Origin: Balanoglossus misakiensis
Lineage: Eukaryota; Animalia; Hemichordata
Direction: 5' to 3'
DNA length: 64,000 nt
NCBI GenBank assembly: GCA_040954595.2
Contig: CM082583.2
Span: forward strand, 4,393,374 to 4,457,373
The notes beneath the pieces are model-generated. The model was given only the letters and a program-made list of their open reading frames with translations, had not been told where the DNA came from and made no database searches. The position numbers and the translations under genes were made by a program. Shown one piece after another: positions 1 through 16,142 of this stretch (positions within the stretch are counted from its first letter, which is position 1; every line of letters begins with the position of its first letter).

Positions 1-1273
1 ACATGTATTAAGCCTCAAAAATAAAATGAATAATGGAAAAGTACTTTTAATTTTTTTTTATGTGTGCTTGAATTATATATTGCAGTGAAAGTCTAGTTGT
101 GAAGATTTAATATTCACAAATTGTCCTCAGCATCTGTGACTCATTCCTAGCTAGATTGAATCTTTGTGAAATATGGGCATAAAGGTCTTCATAAATTATG
201 TACTACTACTAGTGTATGGGATGTACATGAATTATTCATAAAGAAATTTACTCATAATTGTGAACACTTTTGTAGTCTGAGGACATTGAAATATGTAAGG
301 TAACCTTAACACATGACGTGCAAAAATAGAAGTAACATGCTGTTACATGTAGTTTGCAAAATAAATTTAGAAGAATTATGAAATGAAAAAGTTAGCAGCA
401 GTATTACACACCCTCCATCTCTGTTAGCACTCTGTTAGGTGTTCTAAGGAATGCATGATAGTTTAGCTGCTTATTTGCATAATAATGTAAATAATTATTC
501 ATGTTAATTGATGTCTATTGTTCACATTTAATTGCTCTGTTGAGAACACTGATTATTTCAACATTTGTATATCTTCCTCCAATGATCTCCTTGCCTATTC
601 AATAATATGACGTGTAAAAAGGTGTATTCACGAACGATGCAGTGTATTTAGTACTTTCACAAATGTTGCAAGTGACAGTCCAGTAGAATACTCTGCTTCA
701 TGACTGAAAATAACTTCTGCACTGCACAGATCATGTGTAGAGGTCATGGAATTCTGCTATAAGTCATCCTCAGATCGTACAAAATTTTAAAGATTTGACA
801 TTGTTGATTATCAGTCACTGCTGCAACCTTACATGGGTGTTGATTGGACAAGCTGTGCATCTATTGTTATGCCAATTGGGGTCATGTTGGGTCAATTTGT
901 CAGTCATTTGGTGCCCAGGGATTGTATTGAATTGGCAAGTAATTTTTTGTGAATTCGACCGTCATATATAGTGACAACCAGTGTTTTGTTTCTTTTGTGA
1001 GAAGTTGCAAAGGATAATAAAATACCTTGACCATTTGGCTGATAATTCAGAAAATTTTATTTGAAAAAGCAGATGTGACAAAAATTCATGTCAAAAACAG
1101 GAACAAGTGCAAAGAATAGTATTAAAAAAACACCGCACAGTTTAACCAGCCTCAAGGAGTGAAATAAGAAACATGGTTGATACAAAGAATAACATAAAAT
1201 CTGAAAACTAACCCGAATTTACAGATAGTGGACCTTGAACATGTTTACCTGACTGTGTTCTTTTTTTTTCCAG

Positions 1274-4200
1274 ATTGGAACGTTAGAAGACCACTATTTA
1301 TTTGTCCATAAAAAAGTTGCCAAGCGCTCTCTTACACCTAGTCAAGGCGAACATACAGACTTGCATAAAGAACCTGGGGTAAGTTTTATACATGCACGCT
1401 CGGCTGTCATACATGTAATCATACAGACGTTGAAATTACTCTTACACATGTCACTCTCATAATTGTAAAAATGTGATTTAACATTCTTTTAGTGTATTTA
1501 ATTTTGCTGTATTCTCTCATTTTGTCATAATGTTAGAAAGCCCCTGGAGGAAGCTTTTGTGGTGACTTGACCTCAAATGAACTACATAGTTCAAACTGGT
1601 TTGAAACTACATTGTATGCTTTGACATACTGGCACATTAAGCCATTACTCACGCCATTATGGCTGATACAATTCAGTATGTCATTGGTACACGTGTAAGC
1701 TAGTGATGTGTATAATACGAAAAGATCGCTTCTGATGTGCCAGTTAGAGTGCTACCACAGTTCAATGTATCCAATAGCCTTTGGTCTTACTGTCTGAACT
1801 TTAGTCACTTCACACATGTTCTAGCAAAGTCTATCTCGTACAAATTGTGATAATAATGGTGTGTGATAGCAGATATCTTGGTTGGACTATTTATTTAGAT
1901 TGTTTGAGATTTATAATTATACAAAAAATAATGTTAGCAGTCTACATGTAGGGTAAAATAGCTGTAACCATAGCAACTATATTTTTGAGAATATACCACC
2001 AGCTTTCCAGCTGTAGCCTGGTCATAATCACCTTATCATGATTTAAGCTGAAATTCGATATCTGGTCACAGGGGTAAATGTTGGATGCTTACATGTGTAA
2101 ATAACATATTTAATGGTACGATCAAACATTGATAATCTAATAAAATTTCATAGTTAGAAATTAACTTCCGTAGATTTTTGAAGTTTATGGAGTTGTTGGG
2201 TTTGGTATAATTGAGCTTTAAAATGAGCTTTGGCAGCGTTCTGATTCCATAAGCCACTTGAGCGGCTTGTGGCACTGATATTTTATGTCTGGGAAAGCAT
2301 GCTTCAACTACTGCATGTTGATCTTTAGGGTCTGCCGTCTACCAAATGGCATTTTGGCTTCTGCTTTTAATTCATATAGCTCTGTATCAATCATCTTGGC
2401 TTTGGTCTTGCCGTTGCAACTTTATTTGAACTGATATTGTAAGTATTTCATAATGGAACAAGGCAAAGTTGCTGTGGAACTCATTAGTCACATGATGTGT
2501 CATTCATTATCTGTGATCATTACCACAGACCTAAATTTGAAAGCTACTGTAAAATTCATGCTGAAAGCAATCTTGATAGGGTCACACAAATTTTGTCAAT
2601 CTCCTGAAGTCTTTACAATTGAATGCACTGCCACTTTTATAGAATGATTAGGAAATTGATAAAAAAGATATTTTTATTAAAACTACTAGTTTTAATCCAG
2701 CTCAAAAAGATAACAGTAAATTTTCGGTCACAGGGAATCAGAACAACTGGAAAAAAAAAATTGTGTTTGGAATATTTTTCCCAAACCGCTATGAACAGAA
2801 TTTGCACTCAACTATCAGTTAATAGCCTGGCATGGACCAAACTGATTTTGGAATGTACGAAAAATTTCTTTTTGCTACAGAGCAGTGCAGTCACACGGTT
2901 GTTATTGCTAAGTGAGAATTCTGTTATTTCCTTGGAAGAATTCTCAGACAGTCAAGTCATTGGAGCAAAGGTTGAACACTCTGATCATCAGCACACGATA
3001 ATGTGCAAAATATGCAAAACAGACCTTCAATGGTTGACTTCAGGTTGATCAATACACGTACAGTACCTTACAAATTCACCAAATTTTGCAAAAAAACGAA
3101 GTAATAATGCAACCAATTTGTTGTAACTAATCAAAACAAGTATTTATTTCAAGATCATCATGAGTAAGCCATATCATAAATATTTTCAATTGTTTGACAT
3201 AAGTTTTTCCCTGTATCTGATGGTTCATTATATTCTATTGGGATTCCCTGTTCACTGTAAAATGTACAACATTACAGTGATGCCATGTACTAGTAGCAAG
3301 GGTGTTTATAATATGTGATATGAATGTACTGATGAACAGGGCAGCACTGAGCAAATATTTTTTTTCTCGCATTTATGAAAATCCATGTATTTAAATCAAG
3401 TACTTCAAATGTGTAATTTGGGGATACAGGCCAAATATACAATTTGCCGGTATCTGTATACCGGTACCCTTAAAAATATAGCCAGGTCCTTAATGGATTC
3501 TACTGGTATATAATGTAGTACAGCTATCTTTAGGTCCATTACGACAGAAATCAGTGACTCGCTGATGGAACCACAGTCACTCCACAAAGTGACTGTAACG
3601 GAGCCATCCACCTGATCCACACCACTTTCAATGTCTAATCACTGTTAAATTACCAGCCCACAATGTCAGCCCTCAGAAAATACTTCCTAGGGCCAGTCTG
3701 AGCAGAGGGTGTGTTCAGTGTATTGCAGTTTATATAATGCATGAATTGCTGCATCGTGGCATACTGAAAAGTTACATAAGACTGTTTTGAACTTCAGTAA
3801 CTTACATAAGGTATATTGTTTTGAATTCTTATAGAATTCTACAAAGTGTACCAGCTAGTAAAAGACTGTGGGTGTAAATGGGTGACAGTTGAAAGGAAAA
3901 GAAACTTTCTTGTGACAGAATAACTGGATTGTTCAAAGAGATATTTTGTAATCTAGACAAACCCTAGTGTATACACCTTAGAAAGTGAGAGAATTGGAAT
4001 TGTGCCACGTAGCATTATGGGCATGAGTGTTGGACAGCCTTGAATTGTCAGTGACAGCCAGGTATTAACTGCTGTAGTTTGATTTACCCAGGTATACATG
4101 TGTCAGCTGTCTGTAAATACCATACAAACTGAAGTGGTCAATCGGAGTTATTTTTATCTCTTGACCCGATTTGACATGTTTGAACAGTGCGACTGGAATT

Positions 4201-7200
4201 TGCTGGGTCAAAAAATAAAAATTGGAAACGGCCAGTAAGTTCCAAGAGGTCATTGACCTTGACACATGGCTCACCTTACACTGTGCCAACTGTCAGTGGA
4301 TCAGAATCAGTTTACACTTTGTCAGCATGCAGTTGCACAAAACAATCTCCAAGTCCAATGAAACAGAAAAGCAGAGATGTGAGAAGACAATATGCACTGA
4401 AAATAGAAAATTTTTAAACTGCTTCTGTATTTTGGCATGTTGACTTTAATAGCTACTGTCAGACCTTGTCACTTGTCCAGTTTCCGTCACGTCAACACAT
4501 TTTACCACACACTACGTAAATTGCGTTCATTTCAATGTATATTTTGTGTACGTTGTCTAGCCCCAGTTTTGCATTTCCAGAGAGAGAATTTATCATTGAG
4601 ATTTTCTTTTTTGTTTTTAGGTTCATTGGATAGAGCAACAAGCTGCCAAGTCAAGGGTCAAGAGAGGTTACACGGCAACATTCACTGACCCTAAATACCA
4701 GCTGGAACAGTGGTACTTTGTAAGTCAAATCATATCTTCAATTGTTCAATTTGTTTTGATCAAGGTTTGTGAAAGTTAATTTGCAAATTTTCTCATTGCA
4801 AACTTTATACTATGCAAATAAAAACACATATTAATTGTCTGAAAGGGTTGAAAACAATCTGAAAAGAATCAATCCCAGATAAAATTCCTAGCGTAAGGTC
4901 ACTACTGAATCAAGAAATTGTTAGTCAGAAGAATGTTAATTACACCTGTCCTGTTTCAGTCACTTATCTTCCCAAGAGAGGAATATTTTATTCCTGATCT
5001 GGGTATACGACGTATTGCGTGTGAAGAATATCATCGGTCTGATTGGGTTTTTTTTTCCTGCTATCCACAGAATCGTGATGATGATCTGAATATGAATATA
5101 ATTGAAGCCTGGAATATGGGTTACACTGGGAAAGGAGTCGTGGTGACAATTCTTGATGATGGCATTGAACGTGACCATCCTGACCTCGTAGCTAATTATG
5201 TATGTACATGTTCTTGTATCCTATACGTTATTTAGTGTCTTTGTGCTCTCCAGGTTGGCAGTGCTGTAGCATAATGTTATGTTCATAATATTATGAGACC
5301 TTCAAGGAAATATTAGTAACTGCCAAGTTATAGCCGAGATATTTACATTTCATTTTGACTGCCAGTGTACTGATTATTTTCAACCGTCAATATCTGTCAT
5401 CTCTTTTGAAATAAAAAAAATAACCTTTTTTGTAGGATCCTGATGCAAGTACCGATATCAATAACCATGATAGTGATCCTATGCCGAGACCAACATTCAA
5501 TGATGAAAATAGGTAAGTTAAAAGAATCATTATTATACTCCTTAATTCCTTGACTCTGGTCCTGTTAATGATTTTGCCACACATGTCTACATTTTGGAGA
5601 TTTCTCCAAAAGTTTACAATTAAACAAACAAGTTTTAAATTGACTGACTGGAATTTGTGTCTGGTTGACTCGCCATTTAACTCGACAAACCATGTGTCTT
5701 GTTCACGTCTTTGAAATTGTAAAACTGACCCTTACCAGTTGTTCAGACTGCAGTCAGTGAAGGATCACCAATGAAAGTTTGCATCTTGCCTTGCAATTTT
5801 CAGTCTGAAATGTTAAGTGGAGTTAGGAAGTAGTACATATAAGGTATCATCTTAGATGGAGACAAATGTCTGCCTCTTTCAATTGCTTTAAAGAGTTAAA
5901 CAAAAGTTTTTAAGTCTCGTCGTTTGAGAGTATAAAGCAAAAGTTTCATTTTCAAGATGAGTATTACCTTACATTTCCACTTTTAATTAATATCCTTTGT
6001 CACAATCTGTAGGCATGGAACAAGATGTGCCGGAGAGGTTGCTATGCAAGCGAATAACTCTGTGTGTGGAGTTGGTGCTGCTTTCAATGCCAAGATAGGA
6101 GGTATGTCCCAGACCTGCTTGGGTGAACAGCGCCCTCAGTGGTCATGGTTAAAGTAGAAATGTCATAGTGTGTTGTGTGACTTGTACTAGCTCATGTTCT
6201 TGTTGGGTGTTACTTTTTCTATTTCTAACATGATGATAAATTTGTTAAATTTGCCAACAGAACAATTGACAATGTTAGTGTCGTCTGGTATGTCGTAGTT
6301 TCTGTCCATGTACGTGTATTATTTACATATCATAATTACGTTTTGCGCATGTTAAAGAACTTTTATCATCCATTCAGCACTCAGATCATAATGCTTTTGA
6401 GATTGCTAGTGTGGTATCGATTTATCCTACATTCATGATCGCACAATCCCTGTGGTTAGGAGTGCAGTGGGCCACTTCCCACTCCATGTTGTAATGAATT
6501 CATAAGAGTTATGATAGTGGTTGCATGATAACACTGCCTCTCTCTCATTGCACTCAGGAATCCGAATGTTGGACGGAATGGTGACCGATTCTGTGGAGGC
6601 CGAGTCTCTTAGCTTTAGTCCACAACATGTTGATATCTATAGCGCCAGCTGGGGCCCTGATGATGACGGTAAAACTGTGGATGGGCCTGGCCGATTGGCG
6701 CAGAAAGCTTTCGTTGATGGAGTCACTAAGGTAATCATTCTTGTCATTAAATTTCCGCCTGATGAAGTGCATTACGATGACAAGTGAAATGTTACTGATT
6801 CATGATTTAATCAAGTATAAAATACTCCATATATTTTATAAATAGTGATGACATTTGCTACTATAGTGTTTTTTAGTAATTTGGGAAAATAGTGTTTTCT
6901 CTATCTTGGTCTAAATATTATACATTAGACTTATAACGAGTTTTGTAGCTATTTTGGATTCATATTTCTGATCTTTTTTATAATTTTACAATTGAAATGA
7001 AGCAGTTTAAAATTTTTACTGAAAGATGTGTAGAAATTTAAATTTTCAAATGGTTACATACCGGTATATTAAGTTTTCGAATACATGTACATGACTGTGT
7101 TAAGTTTTAGAATAAATATGCGTGTCAACATTAACTCTTTTGGACATCCTCTGCAGGGCCGTGATGGGAAAGGATCGATTTTCATGTGGGCATCTGGCAA

Positions 7201-10200
7201 TGGAGGTCGTGGAGAAGATAATTGCAACTGTGATGGTTACCAGGACAGCATTTACACTATCAGTATCAGCAGTGCCACAGAGCATGGCGAGAAACCCTGG
7301 TATTCAGAAGAGTGTTCATCGACCCTGGCAACTACTTACAGCAGTGGATCGTTTGATAAGGGAGACAGAGAAATTGTAAGTCACGTTCAGTTCTTGTGTT
7401 GTGTTGTGTTGTGTTGTGTTGTGTTGTGTTGTGTTGTGTTGTGTTGTGTTGTGTTACATGTATGTTGTGTTATAAATTTCATCACTTTTATCTGAAGAAC
7501 ATGCAAAAGCCAACTTAATACATGTATATATATACAGATACCCAGCATTGTTACAGTGCAACCTTGGATTAAGCTATATGCAGAATTTCCTGAAAATTAC
7601 AATACCTATAATCTAAGTGGGTTTTCTAATAATACTCAATGTTATTGCATAGAAAGGGACAACATGGATGTTCTTATGTACACCTGTAAACTTCAATTTA
7701 ACGCCTATCAGTTAGAACCATACTATCCATCAACCTATATTTTTCTCTCTTTTTTCTGCAAAATTGAACAGAGCACCACTGATCTCCATCATAAATGCAC
7801 ATTTAGACATACTGGTACATCAGCGTCTGCACCTTTAGCCGCTGGTATGATGGCATTACTCCTTGAAGCCAAGTAAGTACAATACTGGGGCCACTTTCAT
7901 GACCTCTGTGTGACCCTAACAGTCTGATGTTGTTGTTTTTTGGTATGACACCAAAGATCATTCAATATCACAAGCAACATTCACACTTTTGGAACAGACA
8001 AAATTCAAATTGTTTGTTCTTGGATGAGTTGATGTGCACAAATTCAAAAGCGTGGTTGTCTGTTCCAAAGTTTAAACTCACGATGTTTTTTGTGACCTGA
8101 AACAAGTTGGACTCTGAAACAAGATTTTGGACTCCCTATGTAACTGTATTTCTGTGTCTGTTACAGCCCTGCTCTAACATGGCGTGATGTTCAACACATT
8201 ATTGTGAGAACGTCTAGGAGGGGAAATCTGATTGATCCAAACTGGGTGACCAATGGAGATGGTTATGATGGTAAGTTGCAGAATTTTGTGATTTTCCACC
8301 TTACTCAACTGAGATCATTTCATTCTGGTTGGCTTTATATGGGAGTATTGTTAGAGGATTTAAAGATAACAAATTTATTAGATCAGTCAAACCTAACTAT
8401 AGGTGCTAGTCAAAGAACCTAAACTGGGCTGTACAGGTGAAATAAGGTGTAACAAATACTGTAAAACATGTTATTTTCTCGAGCAATAAATTTACGCGAA
8501 ATACGTGAGAGCCAAAAAAACGCGAAAAATAAAGGCTCGTGTAAATACAGTTGTGAAAGAACAATGTGTACAATGCAGTACGAGAACGCGAAAATTAATA
8601 CTCGCATAACAGTGGCCTCTCTAGATATCACGAAAAATTTCAACTTGTGAAAATAACATGTTTTACAGTACAACTCACATGCAAATCAACGAAGTATGTT
8701 AGCACTACCATACTGATCCCAATACCACAAACCACCTTTTGGAAATATTCGCATATAATATGTCTGTGGATGGCATTTTGAAGTGTGTCTCTTCTTTCTC
8801 TAACTTCAGTGAGTCATAAGTATGGGTTTGGCTTGCTGGATGGAGGTGCAATGGTCAAATTGGCCAAAGTTTGGAAAACTGTGCCCGAGCAACGTACGTG
8901 CCAATCTGAACCAGACAGTACACGAAGGTAAGGATATACGGTAAAACTGAACTGGACACCAAAGGGGCTGAAGAAATTGTTTGGTTTGCAGAGGTGTGTC
9001 CAGTTTATAGATGTTCTTTTAATGTGGGTTGCCGGTTTTATGTCAGAGGGACAGGCAATCAGGAAAAATGTTCGGCGTAGACAGGTTTTACTGTATGCTA
9101 TTACAGTATTAATAAAATTTTCTTGCAACATCTGTTGTTTCGCCAAAGAAATGCGAAAAGAACAGTATTTGTTTGGTCTCTGGGCTTACCAACGTATTTA
9201 TGTTTCCATTGTTAATTTCAAAAAAGCTGACACACAGGATTTGTATCTGAATTCGTCATCCATTTTCTCCACAGACGAACACCAGCAACAGCAACCGTCG
9301 ACACTACCGGGTGCACAGGCACCAATGACGCGATAACGCATCTTGAACACGTACAGGTGAAGATCTCGACCTCCTTCAGCAGACGAGGAGATTTCGCCAT
9401 CTACCTGACGTCGCCATCGGGGACCAAGTCGGATTTGCTGAAACCCAGAAGCTACGACCACACCAGTGAGGGGCTGTCCGAGTGGGTATTCATGACGACT
9501 CACAATTGGGGAGAAAAAGCGAGTGGACGGTGGACTCTGGAGGTCATCAGCGAGGGCTCGTCTTTCAACGAAGGTGAAACTGATCACTTGTTAACCATTT
9601 CTGGCCAGACTTTATACATGCTCAAATTTACTCATGTTACCTGCTCAGTACAGAAACTGTTAAGGTAGATGACTATACCCAGATGCAGTGCATGGTGATC
9701 ACATCCCATAGCCTTACATGTAGAATTTTTGAGAAAACGGGTTACAGTATTGTCATTTTCTTGGAATTTTCACAAAAGGTGCCAAAAGAGGAGTATAATC
9801 AAATGATATAAAGATGTACTAATCTAAATTGGAAAATAAAACCAAGAAAATAATGCAAAAAGTGGCAGCTCTAAAGGCTTTAATTGATGATGTATTTATT
9901 GTGTTTATCTGTGTTCAAATGATGGAGACTATGCTTGACATTGATTTGACCATTCATTGCACAGGAATAGTAGAAATATTGCAATATATTGCATACATCT
10001 TTATTTCCAATCATATTGATCAGCAATAAAGAGTAACAATAAACAACATATGAATTAAAGTTTTGATTTTTTTTCTAATGCAGGCGTTTTGCTGGAATGG
10101 ACTCTAATTCTCTATGGTACAAATGAACCTGTAAATCCTGAACTGAGACGAGGCCCTTTGGAATCTGCTAACGGTAAAATATGGAACACCACGAAGCATC

Positions 10201-13200
10201 CCAAGGTTAGAGCCCAGGATGACGACCCAGATGAGGACAGCTGGTCGTCGTATGATGAATACTCCGACTATGATAAGTGCGATGAACAGTGCTTGGATGG
10301 GTGTGACGGACCGGGCCCGGCAGATTGTTGGACTTGCAAGAATTATAAAAACAGAGATACACTGTGAGTGAATGCTATCTACAGAGTGGCCATTCTCAGG
10401 TCATCTTTGAATCTTTATTCAACCAGATATATATATAGAGTTGAACATAAACTAAAGTATTACAAAATTACAATTTGAAACAAAACAAATAGAACAAAAT
10501 AGTACTTTCCTATCATCCTTCCTGAACTTGTTGCATGTGCCAAAATCCGTGAATCTAACACCCAATGAATGTGCCCCGAACACCAAAACAGTGAAACTGA
10601 AATCCCAATGAAAATTAACCACTTTTGCGGTATACCAGCACCTGCGGCATTGAGTTTTGCTCATCATTTTAAACTCCTAATCATCAGGATTTCTTTTGTA
10701 ATTTTTCCCAGTGAATGTGTAGAGGAATGCGGGCCTGGCCACTACGCCCCCGACCTTCATCACAGATGTCGCCGCTGCGATGACTCCTGCGCAACGTGTA
10801 ACGGTCCCACTGCCTCCGATTGTCTGTCGTGTCCCGAGGATACGTACCTTGTAGGAGACGCCTCGATTTGCGTGGACAGTTGCGAATCCCGAGTTGGTTA
10901 CTACTTAGGTAAGTGGTGCTTGGTGGAAGTTGGTGTCTGAATTTGGATCTCACGTCACTTTATGCTGTTACGTTTTGTGCGTTGTTAAAGGTATACAGTC
11001 ACCTCCAATTTATGTATGCCCATATATGGCTGAAATGGCGTATTTGATCATTCTAAAGAACATATGGTGGCGCCCCCCTTTTTTCGCGTGTGCCACCCAC
11101 TGAATATCTGTGATTGGCTAGATGTCAATTTGCTATGGTAACTATAGCTAATTTTCAATAGATGACTGTATACCTTTAACCCTTTCACCCCGAGTTTCCT
11201 CCATAGAGGTCCAACTTTATCACCCTGAACAAAAGACAACACAATCCCTTCCCTTATGTCAACACTTCTTTGTGAGACTTGTAACAATTTATACAATTAC
11301 ACTGTTTCTCTTCAACTGCGTCTGGGAAAAGATTGATGGTCTGTTTACATTCCTTGTGCAGTTCAGTCAATATTTGTTGTATAAGGGCACAGGAGGCTGT
11401 CGGTGCTTCTGAGTGGATTAAAGGTATACAGTCACTGTTAGCTATAGTTACCATGGCAAAATGAGATCTAGCCAATCACAGATTTTCAGTGGGTGGCACA
11501 CACGAAAAAAACAAAGCGCCACCATATGCTCTTTAGAACCTCAAAAACTCCATTTCAGCCATATATGGGCGTATGTAAATTTGAGGTGACCATGTGCGTT
11601 TAAACCACAACCCGAGAACTAAAGCGATAATTTACTCTCCATTTTCCCCATTCTAGATGACAGTCAGTCTTGCAGTCCCTGCAACAGAGAGTGTGAGACG
11701 TGTCTTGGTAGTGCCGATTTCTGTCTGTCCTGCGTGGACGGCCGAGAGCTGCATGGCACGGAGTGTCTGATTGGCTGCCCGCCGCAGAGTTACAAAGATG
11801 AAGACGATATATGCCAACGCTGTCACGAGGCTTGTTGGAGTTGCTACGGCCCTTCGGACGAGAACTGCCTGCAATGCATGCCCGATTACATCATGCAGGA
11901 GAACAGATGCATCATGGGAGAGTCGTGTTCCGTCGGTTACTACAGAGACACTGATTCTTACCCACCTGAGTGTAGGCAGTAAGTGACAAGTTTGACAAAA
12001 TCCGCTGAAAAACATATTGATTGATCGTGACTTCTTTGCATATTAATTAACATGTGGTTTTCTTGTACCCGGGTACATACCAAAGTTCTCTGCCGTTGGT
12101 CAATTCTTTGCAGTGAATGAAAAATAGGACAGTGATAAAGTGTACAATTCTCAGGAACTGACAAGTCACTAGTTGTTTTTGTTCAAGATTATGTTTTCTT
12201 CATCAATATGATAAAAAACGTCGGTTTTATTTCCTCTTTATTCATCTATTAGTCATTCCAGCTATCCATCTTTTTAGCCACCCAACAACTTAAATCCATC
12301 AGTATGTCCACTCTCTATCCCATCAACCCATCTACCCACCAGTGAGCCCATATGCTGCCACCCCATTTTCCCTCCTCGCCCCCCCCCCCCCTCCTAAAAC
12401 AAACAGGCCATTAGCAAAACTAATATATAACCCAGTCATCTATCATCAACTGCGTAATAAACTCATTCATTCTCTTGGCAGATGTCACACTGGCTGTGAC
12501 ACTTGCTCAGGTCCAGGTGAAGATGAGTGTCTGGAATGCTCGGGGGATTTTCATTTGAATGAGGGCAGATGCCTAACAACCTGTACAATAGGTCAGTCAG
12601 AACATCATTTAGTTTTTAACATTCCTCGTAAAGAACATTGTCAATGCCAAGTATGTTAGTTTTAGAATACAAAAATTGCTTGGTACATTTGAAATGAACT
12701 GCAGAATATTGAACAACCACTGCTTGTAGTGGGCACCATTGAATGAGAAGAAGGAATGAGAAAAAAAAAGTATGTACTGTTTTCCGGGATCACAAATATG
12801 TACACATTTGATATTTGATATACATGTATCACATACTGATATTTTGAGTAAATGGATAAATGTTAATTGAAATGCATGTGGTATGTTACATTCAAATCAG
12901 AAAAGAGTGATTTGTGATAATTTACAGCGTTTTATTTTTGATGCGTGTGACAGGTCAGTATTTAGATGGCGGTGTCTGTAGAGACTGTTATGACTGGTGT
13001 TCTGCGTGCGAGGGAAGCAATGAAGATCAGTGTTTACAGTGTTTCTTTGGAAGGTCAGTACATACATGTATCTGCATCAGCTTGTAGCTTTGTCGGATAA
13101 AGTGCTCATGGAGTATTATATGTACTTTTAGAGGGTGAGAGTCATTCTGACTGGCTGTGGGTATGCATCCCATATAGACACAGTTGCTAGTTCATCTATG

Positions 13201-16049
13201 TGGGCGCAAAGTGTTACTGATACAATGTACATTATTGAAAATAATGTGGCTGTTACTTTGTTTTACACTGTATCTTCAGGTTCTAGTTTGCCAGAGACTG
13301 CAAAGTTTTGCCATTCTGCTATTTTTGGTTTTTGTAACCATTTGAATTTTGTCATGCCTGTCGCTACCAAAGAAAATTACAATTTCTTACAATACTTTAG
13401 TATTATTTCATGAAGAGATATTTTCTGAAAAGCAGGCGTCGTTATTGGCTAAAGTGCTCTCTGGCTGGTTTATATAATGAGCCACTGGGTGGCAAGTGTG
13501 AAAAAAGTGGATTCTCTTTAGGTAAAGTTTGATGTTTTTTTCCCCAGTTTCCTTAAGGACTCGAGGTGTGTTGCTGATTGTGGCCCTGGTTACTATGGTT
13601 ACAATGGAGAGTGCCGCCTCTGTAATCCATCCTGCACCAAGTGCCAGGGTGGGGACGTCACAGATTGTCTGGAGTGTGCTCAAGAAGGTAAGTGATTGGA
13701 ATATGACCTGGTTGGTTCTCCGTGTGGAATGTAACCAATCTGATTGAGGTCAGAAAGGTGAGCTATGGAAACAGAAACAGAAACATTTTGAGTTCAAAAT
13801 GAAATGTGTATGAAAATGTAGAGCAATGCAACCAGAATTCCTCATTTTGCTTTGCATGGTATCTGAAAGTGTATGTTATATATGATAATCCTACTGTACA
13901 ATGTTGTTGGACATTGCAGTATTGTTGTGACAATATTATTTGGATTTTTAAACAGTCAGCACCTCGTCAGTGATAAGTTGAAGGCAATTCTATGTGCAAA
14001 TGCAGTTTACTGATTTACTAATGTCAAAGTCAACTTGTCGTGATATTTTTTTTCTGCATCACATGTACCGGTAATCTGGGAAAAGTTGTGTGTTACTCCC
14101 CCAAATCAATGGATTTATGGGCAACACGGAAGAAAGTTGAAATTCCTTGATTTTCACACATTTCTGCGGTCAAAATGAGTTTCGTGTTACATTTCGAATG
14201 TTTTGTTTTTCCGTAGATGGTGAACAGCGATTCCTTCAAGAAGGCTTGTGTGTGGACCACTGCTCCACTGGCTATTACGGAGATGAAGAGACTCTGGAAT
14301 GTTGGCCATGTCATGAATCCTGTTGGTCTTGTTCTGGACCCCGTGATAATGACTGTGTTGAATGCCCTCCTGATGTGGATCTAGTCGGTGGCAGCTGTGA
14401 AGAAGCTGCGTGCTATGAAGACTGTAAAACCTGCACTCTAGGTATTTTCTTTTTTTCAATTTGTCAATTTTGCTTGTATGTTTAAAGGATGGATGCTGTC
14501 CTGCCTGCGGTTGTGGGTATGGGGTCCCAGGCCTTTTTCCATTAATTATGTTTGATACAAGACACCATTCATGTTATTCTACATGTGGATATACAGTGAA
14601 TCAACGTTCGACCACACACAACTTCTATCCCGTTTGTAGGATATGAGAGTAAAAATCCCACCAAAATGAATACAATGTAAATGGTAAACACCGATTATTC
14701 ATTTTGGCGAGTTTTTCACTCTCGTGTCTACAAGTTGGATGGAATTTGTGTGTGGTTGACAGTTGATTCACTGTATATCCACATGTAGAATAACATGAAT
14801 GGTGTCTTGTATCAAACATAATTAATGGAAAAAGGGCAGCGAGAGAGAGACTTTGTCCCTTTAACCTGTCAGCCAATGACAAATAATTGAGACTGAATCT
14901 AACAGTGCATTTGCCATTTTCTTTGTGCCCTATTCATCCCTATTTTTGATCTTAAATCCATTTTCCAGGCCTTCCCAACCAGTGCACGTCCTGTTTCAAT
15001 GGATATTACCTCCAGGACCATCGATGTTCGCTGGGGGCCTCGTCCTGTCCGGAAGGCACCTTTGCAGACAGGGATCACAACGAATGCCATCCGTGTCACC
15101 CGACCTGTCAGACGTGCAGCGAGAGACACCACGACAGCTGCACAACCTGCGACGTCAGTTACTTCCTCACGGCCGACAATACATGCGAGTCAGAGTGCCC
15201 CGACGGCACCTTCATAGAGAGGGACACTGATGGTGGCCACTGTGAGGACTGCCATCCGAACTGCCAGACGTGTTTCGGTGCTGGACATAGCAAGTGTGTG
15301 ACGTGTGTTGAAGACAGGTATTTCAGCGGTGAGTGGAGCATTTCACTTCACAGAATAAGTTCATCCTTTTAGAAAAAAAAATTTGTGTGTTTTTCTGATT
15401 ACAATTTATTTTTAGACTGTTTCAAATAACTGAACCCCACAGATACTTTTGTTATTTCCAATGATACAGTCTACGGTATGTCATTATGCATTTTCTAATA
15501 CAATCTTTGACAGAGTAAGACATTATTTACCGGTATGTTTGCATAAAATAAGAAAATGATTTATTAAATGCTTTGTTGTGGCTATCTGTGTCTGAGAAAT
15601 TGTGCTAATTGATCCGCACTTGTGTACATAACTCATCAGAGCATTGATCAATATTTACCACAAAGAAAATATTGGTTGTATATTACCGGTATTATTAAGA
15701 TATTTCATGAGATTTTCAATTGTTTGATGTTGCATGTCACAGAATAATGATGATGCTATATTTCATATTTGCCACATATCATTTTGACATACCCATAGAC
15801 AACAACTGCGTGCTAAGGTGTGATGACGATCAGTTTGCAGACGAAGAGAACAGAGTGTGCATACCATGTCACAGGTCGTGTGCAACATGCACTGGACCAA
15901 CAGATTATGATTGTCTGTCTTGTGAGAGCAACTTGAATTTGTATCATGGCAGATGTGTGTCAACATGCAGTGATGGCCAGTATCAGTCGAGTAAGTAACA
16001 GTACCTTGCTGCAATGATAATGATGATGATGATGATGATGATGATGATA

Positions 16050-16142
<93 letters not shown>

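Noticed and set aside
3564-3610. Small hairpin acagtcact-ccacaa-agtgactgt as a pre-miRNA
   Set aside because: The perfect stem is only 9 bp; too short without other evidence.
2066-4500. Short ORFs in the 3.2-kb PCSK intron
   Set aside because: No motifs, AT-rich composition, no coherent splice pattern.
14461-14882. Recurring small ORFs '[11 protein letters not shown]' (also 36251-36484, 37704)
   Set aside because: Chance frames in MITE family B TIRs; not a protein family.
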